A stretch of DNA of 64,000 nt from Patescibacteria group bacterium (GTDB taxonomy: Bacteria; Patescibacteriota; Minisyncoccia; Phycocordibacterales; UBA2100). Positions 26,836 through 36,377 of the stretch are shown here, one piece after another. Location: assembly GCA_038064835.1 (NCBI GenBank), contig JBBTSD010000001.1:28422-92421 (forward strand). The letters are read 5' to 3'. The position numbers and the translations under genes are program-made. The notes beneath the pieces are model-generated. The model saw only the letters and a program-made list of their open reading frames with translations. It was not told the DNA's origin and did not search any database. Within the stretch, counting starts at the first letter, position 1; each line of letters starts with the position of its first letter.

Positions 26836-29028
26836 ATGAAAAAAATAGGTTTTTTTGGAGTACTGGCGCTCGCTGTGTGGATTCCCATGAGCACACACGC
26901 CGCAACGACGACCAATGTTTCTATCACCGATTTTCAATTCACACCTGCGGCAATCACCATTGTCGCTGGAGACACAGTGGTGTGGAAGAACAACGGGTCG
27001 ATGCGGCACATTGTGAACGCGGTTGATAACTCATATACGAGTGATCTTATTTCTGTGGGTGCAAGTTATCAGCGCACTTTTATAAACTCAGGGACCTACC
27101 CTTATTTTTCTTTGGTTCATGGTACTCGCACGGGTGGTGGTATGGCAGGCACCATCACCGTGACTCCCGCACCACCGCCGCCCCCTGTTTTTGTTCCTCC
27201 GCCCCCGCCACCCATTCCAGGGACACCACTAAGCCCGGGAGGGAATCTGGGAGACCTGCTTGCACAGGTTGTGAGCCTTAGCTCCTTCGTTCAGCAGTTG
27301 CAAGCACAACTTGCGAAATTGACAGGGGGCATACCGACAATTCCGCGGCCAGTCGAAACAAAAATGTGCCCCGCGGTTTTCCGGACAATTCTGCTAGGTT
27401 CGCGCGGGCAGGATGTGAAACAGCTTCAGGAATTTCTCCATGAACGGGGTTATTATACCGCGTTCGGATTTAGTGACCTGTTTGGTGCGGAAACAGAAAG
27501 TGCCCTCAAAGAGTTCCAGTGTCGGCTTGGCATAGTCTGTAGCGGAAGTCCCCGCACCACTGGGTATGGAGCGCTCGGGCCAACCACTCGGGAAGCGATT
27601 CGTGGTATGGCATGTGCTGGAGGTACGGTGTCGCCCCCAGGAAGCTTCAACTCATGCGCACTTGCAGGGGTGACAATTCCACACCAAGGTTCACGCCTTT
27701 TCTATTCTCAGCCGCAAGCTGTGTCGTGTCAGGCGGTGTCGCAACTTCGGATTTGCAACCATGGGGTGATGTCGGGCGGACAAAACTTTGCTTACAGCAC
27801 CTGCGGGCAAATACCAAGTGTTCCTGTGACGCCACCTGGCCCTATCACGCCACCACCTCCTGTAGGGACACCGAAGTGCACCTTCCTCTCGTACACTTTT
27901 GCAGAAGGTGAGAGCAAGACTTTCTTCTCGCGCGCAAATGCGCCATTTGGTGATTCGTGCGACAACTATGCGCAAGTTCGTTCGTGCAGAAACGGCGTGC
28001 TTACCGGCAGTCATGAATACTTCATATCTCAATGTCGTACACTCTCGACATCTTCGTGTACGGTAAATGGCGCGACGGTTCTGAATGGACAAACAAAAAC
28101 CTTCTTTGATCGGACGAGTGTAAGCGCCGGATCCTCGTGTAGTGCTTACTCACAAAGTCGTACTTGCACCAATGGAGAGATGTCGGGTGACAATGGCTAC
28201 ATGTATCAAAACTGTACCGACGGTGCCACCTGTACTGTGGGCGTGACGACGCTCGCCAGTCACGAGACGCGCACTTTCTATTCGCTCGGGACAGTGCCGA
28301 CAGGATCCAATTGCGGGAATTACTCACAGAGTCGTACATGTGTCAACGGGGTTGTATCAGGAGATGGGGTGTTTAACTTCCTCACATGCAGTGCACAGGT
28401 TGAGGGAAGCTGTACTCTCGACAACACCGTGGTACTAACAACGCAGTCGCGCACATTCTATCTACAAGACTTCGTGCTTCCTGGAGAACAGTGCTCTGCG
28501 TATGCACAGAGCCGTAAATGCACCAACGGGTCGTTTGACGGAAATGCTGCATACAACAAAGCTAATTGTACAAACGCAACCACAGGATCGTGTACAGTCG
28601 GTGGGTATGTGGTGAACAATGGCGCAACCCAAACCTTTTACACCGTGGCAGACGCTCCTGCTGGACATCTATGCTCTGAATACTCACAGAGTCGCTCATG
28701 TAGTAATGGCGCTGTTACTGGCACAACAAACTATGACAAGCCATCATGTGTCGATACCGACTCCTGCACGGTGAATTCGATTACTATCGGTCACAACGCA
28801 ACATCCACACTGTACTCTGCACAGACGGTCTCGTTTGGGTCGTTGTGTTCCGCGGTGGCACAAGAGAGACATTGCGTTAACGGCTCGCTCTCGGGCGGTG
28901 CATCATATATCTATTCCGGATGTGCGGTATCTCCACCGACTTCATCCGTGGCCTTCCCGCAATTGGCCAGTGTATTTACCGCAATTGATTCACTAGTGGG
29001 TGCTCTTGAGAGACTGCTCACAAAGTAA
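26836..29028 (+). CDS. Secreted surface protein: cupredoxin-like domain, PG-binding domain, seven ~58-aa Cys-rich repeats
   Basis: Likely start at ATG 26836 (MKKIGFF, signal ending THA|A). F.P..ITI..GDTVVW.N...H...GTYPY...H...M.G.I.V. LGSRGQDVKQLQEFL. Repeat C....T......FY.......C....Q.R.C.NG...G......C seven times. Confidence 0.8.
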   Translation: MKKIGFFGVLALAVWIPMSTHAATTTNVSITDFQFTPAAITIVAGDTVVWKNNGSMRHIVNAVDNSYTSDLISVGASYQRTFINSGTYPYFSLVHGTRTGGGMAGTITVTPAPPPPPVFVPPPPPPIPGTPLSPGGNLGDLLAQVVSLSSFVQQLQAQLAKLTGGIPTIPRPVETKMCPAVFRTILLGSRGQDVKQLQEFLHERGYYTAFGFSDLFGAETESALKEFQCRLGIVCSGSPRTTGYGALGPTTREAIRGMACAGGTVSPPGSFNSCALAGVTIPHQGSRLFYSQPQAVSCQAVSQLRICNHGVMSGGQNFAYSTCGQIPSVPVTPPGPITPPPPVGTPKCTFLSYTFAEGESKTFFSRANAPFGDSCDNYAQVRSCRNGVLTGSHEYFISQCRTLSTSSCTVNGATVLNGQTKTFFDRTSVSAGSSCSAYSQSRTCTNGEMSGDNGYMYQNCTDGATCTVGVTTLASHETRTFYSLGTVPTGSNCGNYSQSRTCVNGVVSGDGVFNFLTCSAQVEGSCTLDNTVVLTTQSRTFYLQDFVLPGEQCSAYAQSRKCTNGSFDGNAAYNKANCTNATTGSCTVGGYVVNNGATQTFYTVADAPAGHLCSEYSQSRSCSNGAVTGTTNYDKPSCVDTDSCTVNSITIGHNATSTLYSAQTVSFGSLCSAVAQERHCVNGSLSGGASYIYSGCAVSPPTSSVAFPQLASVFTAIDSLVGALERLLTK

Positions 29029-29031
29029 TAC

Positions 29032-30528
29032 ATGTACAGCGGTATCTCTGTTCGTCCGCGCGTGCTCGCCTCGGCTGTTCGCCTGGCAGTTCTCGTGGTC
29101 GTGCTCTGCACTGTTGGTTTTTACGGACAAGAAACGCTTGCGCCGTATGCGGACAGAGCGTTAGGTATCGAATACGATCAAATGCTCGCCGATGCCTCAG
29201 AGAGCGAGTTTCGGTATGTTCTCAAAAAAAGAGAGATACGCGTGATAGCCGAGGCGCGACTCAAGGCACTGATGGAAGAGTATAAGAACGATGTACCACT
29301 GCGCACCATCGAAAGACAGTCAGCATTGTTTCATGCCGTTGAGAATGAACGCCTGATCGCCGCTGATCTGAGTGTGATGCAGTTGTATCTCTATGAAGGA
29401 GGGAAAATTGTTGAAACCGTCCCTATCGCATCAAAAGGAAAACGCGGATCTCGTTGGGAAACACCGACAGGATTCTATCAGGTGCAAACAAAAGAGCAGG
29501 ATCATTTTTCGTCTATTGGTGAAGTGCACATGCCATATAGCATGCAATTTTTTGGGAACTTTTTTATCCATGGGTGGCCATATTATCCGAGTGGTACGCC
29601 AGTCGACTCAGAGTTCTCAGGAGGATGTGTGCGCCTTTCAACAAAGGATGCCGAAAAAGTGTATGCCTTTGCAGAGAAAAACACTGCGGTATTTGTGTAC
29701 GATGATCCACCCCTGCATCAGGGAGGGGTCTCATTATCGCGCCACAGTGGTTCCCCCGATGCTATCACAGCTCGGTCATTTATCGTCGCCGATGTGGACT
29801 CGGGGAGCGTCTTCCTTGAAAGAAACGCCGGGACGCCACGCACGATGGCATCAATTACAAAGCTTATGACTGCCCTCGTAGCAAACGAAAGCATCCACTA
29901 CACCAAGACGCTGCAAATTACGCGTGACGACCGTACAGGCGAGGGCGACTACGGCACACTCTCGAGCAACGACACGCTGACGGTTGGCGATGCATTCTAC
30001 CCGCTTCTGATGGAATCAAACAATGCGGTCGCTCATGCGCTTGCACGGCATTACGGGACAAATTCGTTTCTGACCTGGATGAACGACAAGGCGCGCGCGC
30101 TCGGAATGGTGCATACACAGTTTGCAGACCCATCGGGCATCTCGGCGCAAAACAAGGCAACTGCAGAAGATATTTTTCGCCTGGCACGGTACCTGCTCGA
30201 GCATCAATCCTTCATTCTTGGCGTGACTCGTCTTAAAGCAGCAATAGCAACCGACCAAAAGACCGGCGAAAAGCTTTCATTTAGGAACCTCAATCATTTT
30301 TCTGGAGACGAGCATTTTATAGGAGGGAAGACAGGATACACAACCGCCGCGAAAGAAACTATGGTTTCAATTTTCGAAGTTCCTGTAGGAACAAAGACAG
30401 CACGAGTCGCTATCGTGGTTCTCGGCTCTGAGGATCGGGAGCAAGACACAAAGAAGCTTCTTTCTTGGTTTACCAAATCCGCTGAAGAGGCAGAGAGCGG
30501 GTCTGTTATCGAAATGCGCACAATTTAA
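29032..30528 (+). CDS. Membrane-anchored L,D-transpeptidase (YkuD) fused to D-Ala-D-Ala carboxypeptidase (peptidase S11)
   Basis: N-terminal TM. YkuD motifs TPTG.Y and FIHG...SGGCVRL. S11 motifs ASITK (SxxK), SNN and KTGYT. Confidence 0.85.
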   Translation: MYSGISVRPRVLASAVRLAVLVVVLCTVGFYGQETLAPYADRALGIEYDQMLADASESEFRYVLKKREIRVIAEARLKALMEEYKNDVPLRTIERQSALFHAVENERLIAADLSVMQLYLYEGGKIVETVPIASKGKRGSRWETPTGFYQVQTKEQDHFSSIGEVHMPYSMQFFGNFFIHGWPYYPSGTPVDSEFSGGCVRLSTKDAEKVYAFAEKNTAVFVYDDPPLHQGGVSLSRHSGSPDAITARSFIVADVDSGSVFLERNAGTPRTMASITKLMTALVANESIHYTKTLQITRDDRTGEGDYGTLSSNDTLTVGDAFYPLLMESNNAVAHALARHYGTNSFLTWMNDKARALGMVHTQFADPSGISAQNKATAEDIFRLARYLLEHQSFILGVTRLKAAIATDQKTGEKLSFRNLNHFSGDEHFIGGKTGYTTAAKETMVSIFEVPVGTKTARVAIVVLGSEDREQDTKKLLSWFTKSAEEAESGSVIEMRTI

Positions 30529-30584
30529 AAAGGGACCCACACAGCGTGTAGGCCTCGAGAGGGTCTGGATGGTACAATCCTCAG

Positions 30585-32261
30585 GTGACTGTCTTTGCTG
30601 ATATTGTCGATACGCTCTTACTACAACGAGGGGTGTCTGATGCAGATAAAGACTCTTTCCTTAACCCCGATTTTGTTCGGGACACGCACGATCCATTTCT
30701 TCTTGAGGGTATGCACAAGGCAGTTGATCGTATTCTTGTGGCGCTTGGCGCAGGAGAGCGCATTGCGGTGTATGCCGATTTTGATTGCGATGGGATTCCT
30801 GGAGCCGTGGTTATGCATGATTTTTTTAAGAAAGTCGGGCATACCGCATTCGAAGTGTATATTCCACACCGACATACTTACGGGCACGGTTTTCACAAAG
30901 CGGCGATAGATGATTTAAAAGAACGGGGAGTCTCACTTATTATCACTATTGATGTTGGTGTCACTGCTGTTGAAACTGCCGCATACGCCAAGGAAAAAGG
31001 TATCGATGTCATTATCACTGATCATCACGAGCCGCCCGATATACTGCCTGAAGCAGTCGCGGTGATAAATCCGAAGCTCGGCACATACCCGTTCCGTGAC
31101 CTGTGTGGTGCGGCTGTTGGTTTCAAGGTGGTTCAAGCGGTTCTTGCTGAAGGGGGGAAGCAAGGTGTTGCTGCATGTGTCGCAGTGCCGGAGGGATGGG
31201 AGAAATGGCTTCTGGATATGGTGGGTATTGCCACGGTGGCAGACATGGTCCCCCTCGTTGGAGAGAACAGAGCACTCGCGCGGTTTGGGCTTTTTGTATT
31301 GCGCAAGTCGCCACGACTCGGCATCCATGCGTTGTGTCGCAAGGCGCGACTCGATCAACGACGCATTACCGAAGATGACATAGGATTTTCATTTGCACCG
31401 CGTATCAATGCATCATCACGCATGGATTGTCCAGAGCTCGCATTCCAGTTGCTTGCGACAAGCGACCCTGCTGAAGCTGAGAATCTTGCCGCGCAACTCG
31501 AAAAACTAAACGCGCAGAGAAAGGGTGTGGTGGCGAGTCTTGTTAAGGAAGTGCGAAAAATTGCTCTCGAACGGTATCCGACAGGCGATGTGGTGATTTT
31601 GGGAAATCCTGAATGGAAGCCCGCACTACTCGGTCTTGCTGCAAATTCAGTTGTCGAAGATCGTGGGGGGATTGTGTGTTTATGGGGGCGAGATGGCAGT
31701 GGTGCACTCAAAGGGTCGTGTCGTTCAGATGGCAGTATCAATGTTGTTGAAATGTTCAAAGTGGCGCAAGGTGCGGGTACACTCGAAGAAAGTGGTGGGC
31801 ATGCCTGCGCGGGTGGTTTTTCAATGTCGTCCGAACAAGTACATCGCGTGTCCGAGCTTTTGGGTAGCGCCGCTGAGCAGGTGCGCGGGAACGCGATTCC
31901 TGTTGATCCGCAATTCGATGCCGAAATCACTGTTGGAGATATATCTGCAAAACTTCTGGACGCGCTCGCGCTTCTTGCGCCGTTTGGAATCGCAAACCCC
32001 AAGCCAGTTTTCCGTACCACGGCAGATATCCGTGCAGTCAAAGTGTTTGGCAAAGAGGGGAATCACACAGAAGTTATGGTCGGCCTTGAAAATGTGACCG
32101 TGCGCGCGTTCGAGTTTTTTAAGACACCTGATAATTTCACTGTTCCCCCGCGAGTGGGCGAGCGACAACATATCCTCGTGACAGTGGAAAAGGATTCTTT
32201 TCGGGGTCCCCGCGCGGTGGCTTTGCGGATTGTCGATGTGTTACCCTTCGTCTCTCACTGA
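30585..32261 (+). CDS. recJ: Single-stranded-DNA-specific exonuclease RecJ
   Basis: DFDCDG, ITIDVG, TDHH, ATVADMVPL.GENR, PRINASSR, GSCRS, GGH..AGG, LAPFG..NP.P. Confidence 0.95.
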   Translation: MTVFADIVDTLLLQRGVSDADKDSFLNPDFVRDTHDPFLLEGMHKAVDRILVALGAGERIAVYADFDCDGIPGAVVMHDFFKKVGHTAFEVYIPHRHTYGHGFHKAAIDDLKERGVSLIITIDVGVTAVETAAYAKEKGIDVIITDHHEPPDILPEAVAVINPKLGTYPFRDLCGAAVGFKVVQAVLAEGGKQGVAACVAVPEGWEKWLLDMVGIATVADMVPLVGENRALARFGLFVLRKSPRLGIHALCRKARLDQRRITEDDIGFSFAPRINASSRMDCPELAFQLLATSDPAEAENLAAQLEKLNAQRKGVVASLVKEVRKIALERYPTGDVVILGNPEWKPALLGLAANSVVEDRGGIVCLWGRDGSGALKGSCRSDGSINVVEMFKVAQGAGTLEESGGHACAGGFSMSSEQVHRVSELLGSAAEQVRGNAIPVDPQFDAEITVGDISAKLLDALALLAPFGIANPKPVFRTTADIRAVKVFGKEGNHTEVMVGLENVTVRAFEFFKTPDNFTVPPRVGERQHILVTVEKDSFRGPRAVALRIVDVLPFVSH

Positions 32262-32268
32262 CACACCT

Positions 32269-32673
32269 ATGAGTATCATTCTATATACCGATGGGGGTTC
32301 GCGAAACAATCCGGGCATTTCCGGTATAGGTGCAGTGGTGTATGACGGCGCGAAGAAAGTCGGAGAAATTTCACACTACCTGGGTGTCCGCACCAATAAC
32401 TGGGCAGAATATGAAGCGGTAATTTTAGGACTCGAAGAGGTTAGGCGGCAGGGATTCTCAGGCAAGGATGTCGAAGTGCGCCTCGACAGCAAACTTGTTG
32501 CCGAACAACTTTCCCGAAACTGGAAAATAAAAGAAGAGTCACTGCGTTTGCAGGCCGAACGAGCATGGCTCCTTTTTCCACTGTTCAAATCCGTACGCTT
32601 CACCTACATTCCGCGAGAGAAAAATAAAGAGGCAGATGCGCTTGCGAATCTCGCCATGGACCGCGGCCATTAA
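32269..32673 (+). CDS. rnhA: Ribonuclease HI
   Basis: YTDGGSRNNPG, TNN.AEYEA, DSKLV, IPREKNKEADALAN. Likely start ATG 32269. Confidence 0.92.
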   Translation: MSIILYTDGGSRNNPGISGIGAVVYDGAKKVGEISHYLGVRTNNWAEYEAVILGLEEVRRQGFSGKDVEVRLDSKLVAEQLSRNWKIKEESLRLQAERAWLLFPLFKSVRFTYIPREKNKEADALANLAMDRGH

Positions 32674-32712
32674 CCCATGTTGGACTTACGAAGTCCAACA
32701 TGGGTTAATTCT

Positions 32713-33276
32713 TTATATACCCCCTTGCCAGTCAAGGATCGCTTGCAGTGGGTACAGCAACATCACCACATTGAGGGCAAGGTTGTCGCGGATGACAAAC
32801 CCCGTCCAAAGCTCAAAGGCGATTGCGAGTGCGACAGTAATCATGATGGGGAATCGCCACGCGATGATGAATCCAAAAACCATCCAGAGTGTGTCAAAGA
32901 CTGAATTGATAACACTGTCGCCAAAGTAGTCGAGTGAGATGGTCACTTCGCGGTACCGGTTGATAATAAAGTCGGTGTTTTCAAAAAGTTCCCACCCTGC
33001 TTCGGCAACAATCGCAAGTGCCAGACGCGCCCCCCAATGCATCTTGGGGAAGATTAGTTTTGATAGCCAATAGAATGCAAATCCATGAATGATGTGTGAA
33101 AAAGTATACCAATCAGCAATATGCTGTGAATTTTCCGAGCTTATAGTGATACCATGCCAGAATTTTACATAGCCACACTCGCAGATGGGGACCTGACCCA
33201 TAAACCACAAAAGAATCCCCTGACCGATAACCAGAATGACGGAAACCGCAGGCCAAAAATAGGGTGGTGACTGCAT
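32713..33276 (-). CDS. DUF2585 (UPF0314)-like membrane protein
   Basis: MG..PIC.CGYVK.W...SQH..DWYT.SH.IHG, WE..EN...II.RYR, Y.GDS..NS..D, IRDNL.LN. Confidence 0.85.
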   Translation of the reverse strand: MQSPPYFWPAVSVILVIGQGILLWFMGQVPICECGYVKFWHGITISSENSQHIADWYTFSHIIHGFAFYWLSKLIFPKMHWGARLALAIVAEAGWELFENTDFIINRYREVTISLDYFGDSVINSVFDTLWMVFGFIIAWRFPIMITVALAIAFELWTGFVIRDNLALNVVMLLYPLQAILDWQGGI

Positions 33277-33316
33277 GGTTGCAGTATAGCGGGAAAAATA
33301 AGGGCGGGCTTAAAAC

Positions 33317-33344
33317 TTGCAAAATACTCTGAATATGCTATAAT
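33317..33344 (+). promoter_or_regulatory. Sigma70-type promoter for the SPFH gene
   Basis: TTGCAA, 16 nt, TATAAT with an upstream TG extension. Confidence 0.65.
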
Positions 33345-33404
33345 AAAAGAAGCTCTGCGGATGTCCAAAACCGCGGCTGCTTTCCGGAAACGAAAGGAAA
33401 ACGA

Positions 33405-34274
33405 ATGAACAGGGCGACTCTTTTGATGGGGTGGACGACTATCAGCGTCATCTACTTCATTGGCAGCTTCGTGATTGTGGGTGGACCCTTCATCCCGCTC
33501 ATGGTCTATGCAGGTCTCATGGTCGTGTTCTATGCGGGTTGTTGGATCAACACCATTAACGAATGGGAGCGACGGCCGGTCATGCTCTTCGGCCGCTACA
33601 TATACACGGCCGGTCCAGGGCTGACTTTCATCGAGCCATTGTTCTTCACAACGCTCGATGATGTGCCGGTTCAGGATCTGGTTATCGATGTCCCCGTGCC
33701 GAATGTCCAGACAAAGGACAATGTAAGCATCGGCATCTCTGGTGTTCTGACTTATCGCATCGATCCTACCAAGGTTCGTGACGCGGTGGTGCAGGTGCGC
33801 CATGTGGCCTCGGCCATACAAGAGCGTGCGCTTACGACGCTCACTGACACGGCGGCCGGGACCGACATTGACCACCTGCTCGCTGATCGCAAGAAGTTCT
33901 GCCTCGATATCGCAGAAGCCCTCCGCGACCGTGTGAGCACCTGGGGCGTGGAAATCCGCGCCTTCGAGATCAAGGGTTTCAAAATCAACGACAAGGATGT
34001 CGAGCAGTCAATTGCGATGAAGGCGCGCGCCGAGAAGGAAGGTGCCGCCGAACTGATGCGCGCACAGTACCAGCAACGAGTGGCAGTTGCGCTCGATGAG
34101 GCGGCGCGCAGCTATGGCGAGGCCGGTCGCTGGCTCAAGGGTATGGAGGTGCTGGTCGAGCTTTCGCGCTCGGCACAGAATCACACCATCATGATCCCGA
34201 GCGACTTGCAGAACGCTCTCGCCGCGGCAACGGCAGTCGCGCTGGCCAAGCCGACCGACCAGGCGGCGAAGTAA
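33405..34274 (+). CDS. SPFH/band-7 (stomatin-like) membrane protein
   Basis: N-terminal TM. EWER....FGR....GPGL..I.P, TKDNV, WGVEI, AMKARAEKE. Confidence 0.9.
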   Translation: MNRATLLMGWTTISVIYFIGSFVIVGGPFIPLMVYAGLMVVFYAGCWINTINEWERRPVMLFGRYIYTAGPGLTFIEPLFFTTLDDVPVQDLVIDVPVPNVQTKDNVSIGISGVLTYRIDPTKVRDAVVQVRHVASAIQERALTTLTDTAAGTDIDHLLADRKKFCLDIAEALRDRVSTWGVEIRAFEIKGFKINDKDVEQSIAMKARAEKEGAAELMRAQYQQRVAVALDEAARSYGEAGRWLKGMEVLVELSRSAQNHTIMIPSDLQNALAAATAVALAKPTDQAAK

Positions 34275-34294
34275 CAGGGTTCAGAATCAGTAGT

Positions 34295-34327
34295 GGCAGG
34301 CGGTCTTCGGACCGCCTGCTTTTGTTT
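34295..34327 (+). terminator. Intrinsic terminator
   Basis: gcaggcggtc-TTCG-gaccgcctgc followed by ttttgttt. Confidence 0.9.
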
Positions 34328-34378
34328 GACCACTCGTCACTTTCTTGCTATTCCTCAAGAGAGAAGAGGAGGACTTCC

Positions 34379-35077
34379 ATGAAAGTGTATCGCCTTCCGC
34401 GATGCTCTATTACCGATGTCGACACGGGGCTTCGTGCCGAACAAATATGGCGAGGCACCGCACGGGAACGCGCCACGCTCGAAGACTTCGTGTCGATTTA
34501 CGAGCCCAACGAGGCGTTCTCAACCAGTATGCTGGGGAAAGACCGCGACATGGTCTCGGTTCGCGCAAAGACAAAAGAAGAGTTCGAGGAATATATCGAA
34601 AGAAAAAATGTGCCACTAATTACCATGCATCGAGGTGGCGGCATGATGTGGCATGGGCCAGGGCAGATCAATCTTTCCCCCTTGGTCGATTTACGAAGGT
34701 TGGGCATCTCGATTACTGAATATAGTGAACTTTTGGAAGAAGTGTGCGTACGGACCGTGCAGGTCTTTGGAGTGCGCGGAGTTCGTCACCATTTTCACAA
34801 AGGTTCACAGGGCGCTTGGGTTTCAGTGGGTGGAGTTCTGAAAAAGATTGCTTTTTTTGGGTGGAAGGACAATCGGGGTATTGCGATTCATGGGTGCACC
34901 ATCAATGTCTCGCCAAACCTTCTCCCGTTTTCGTATATTAATCCTTGTAACTTGCGCGGAGTGGAAGCGACATCCCTGCAAGAAGTTCTGGGCTTTGCAC
35001 CGCCACTCTACGAAGTCGCATGTGTTCTTGAGAAAGTGTTTGTGAGCCTTATACAGCAAAAAGCGCATGTCGACTGA
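34379..35077 (+). CDS. lipB: Lipoyl(octanoyl) transferase LipB-like
   Basis: RGGG..WHGPGQ, KKIA..G, HG..IN, INPC. AGGAGG ribosome-binding site before ATG 34379. Confidence 0.8.
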   Translation: MKVYRLPRCSITDVDTGLRAEQIWRGTARERATLEDFVSIYEPNEAFSTSMLGKDRDMVSVRAKTKEEFEEYIERKNVPLITMHRGGGMMWHGPGQINLSPLVDLRRLGISITEYSELLEEVCVRTVQVFGVRGVRHHFHKGSQGAWVSVGGVLKKIAFFGWKDNRGIAIHGCTINVSPNLLPFSYINPCNLRGVEATSLQEVLGFAPPLYEVACVLEKVFVSLIQQKAHVD

Positions 35078-35099
35078 CATGCGCTTTCGTCCTATCAAT

Positions 35100-36377
35100 T
35101 CACTTCAACAAAGGAATTCTCTCGGGGTGCATGAGTAGATAATGCTGAAGCACACGGAGAAACGAGATTGGCTCGCGGCCGTTCATGACCCGGTGGTCGA
35201 ATCTAAACGCAACCCGCATACGCCTCTCGTCACCACTCGCACGCACTGCACCGAATGCAATGCCGCTCGCGATGCGCGAAATCAAGAGCGGGTGGGGATC
35301 TTCGCCGCCCAAGTATTCTTCTCCTCGCCACGACACTGGCGCACCGACATTGTTGATAATGAATGTTGGATCACTCATGTCTTCGACAGTCAGTCGTCCG
35401 GTTGATCCGGCAGCACTTACCAAGCGTTCTGTTTCGCGAATCACCTCAAGGAAGCGCAAGGTCTCTGCACAACGAATGGTTGGCGTCGCCAAGCCCGAGA
35501 AAATGCCACCAGCTTTTTCTGAGGGCATCGATATCGCGAGACCGATGTGCACATTTTTGTAGAGGCGGATTTCCTTGTGTGCTCCCTCCTCGTACCAGCG
35601 TGCATTCAATGCGCGGAATTCATTTTGTGAGAGGAGCCAGGCACACGACGCGATAAAGAAGTGTTCGAGTCGCAATTTCAGACCATATGTTTTTTGCACA
35701 TGTCCCTTCAGATCCTCGCGGAGCTTCAAGAGTGCACGCACATCAACATCTACCGAATCTCCAGCAAGTGGCATGAGCTGCGCTTTGCGCATCTCTTCTG
35801 CAGTTGTTCGCTGTAGTATCGTTGGTGACACTGGCATATATGCCGACGGAGGCATATTGGGTGTCGTGGTGTTTGTAGATTTCTCATCACGAAGATCAGC
35901 TTCCCTGAGGATACTGGTCCCGGTGATTTTCACTGTCGATAAATCGACGCCCATTTCACGAGCCAAGCGTCGTGTACGCGGCGAGGCACGCACCGGACCG
36001 CCGTCAGGTTTTGGCGGAGGTCCGATAATGGGAGTGTCCGCCGTAGTTTCAACCAACTCGATTTCTGCAAGCCGGAGTGGCTCTTTGCGCAAATCAACAG
36101 AAACTATAGTGCCTGCGGGCACAAGTATTTTGATGATGCGTGCATTGATTTCAGGGCCAACGGCCTCGATATCTTTTTCACCTTTCTGCGCGAGCAAGCT
36201 TAGTATGTTCCCGCCACGCACTGTCCCTGTATCGGGGTCGACAGTGCCGGGAACTACATCGCCTTCTTGGACAAACCAGGCACGGATTTCGATGTCGAAC
36301 GGATCCGGCGGTAGGTCATTGTAGAAGCCGAGGCGGTTTTTCTGTGCCTCGGTAATCTCGAGGATTCCTCGTGCCAT
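35100..36377 (-). CDS. 2-oxoacid dehydrogenase E2 (dihydrolipoamide acyltransferase), divergent
   Basis: Lipoyl-like W.VQEGD.V...QKG. E3-binding ASPRTRRLAREMGVDL. Catalytic-type FDHRVMNG. Confidence 0.85.
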   Translation of the reverse strand: MARGILEITEAQKNRLGFYNDLPPDPFDIEIRAWFVQEGDVVPGTVDPDTGTVRGGNILSLLAQKGEKDIEAVGPEINARIIKILVPAGTIVSVDLRKEPLRLAEIELVETTADTPIIGPPPKPDGGPVRASPRTRRLAREMGVDLSTVKITGTSILREADLRDEKSTNTTTPNMPPSAYMPVSPTILQRTTAEEMRKAQLMPLAGDSVDVDVRALLKLREDLKGHVQKTYGLKLRLEHFFIASCAWLLSQNEFRALNARWYEEGAHKEIRLYKNVHIGLAISMPSEKAGGIFSGLATPTIRCAETLRFLEVIRETERLVSAAGSTGRLTVEDMSDPTFIINNVGAPVSWRGEEYLGGEDPHPLLISRIASGIAFGAVRASGDERRMRVAFRFDHRVMNGREPISFLRVLQHYLLMHPERIPLLK

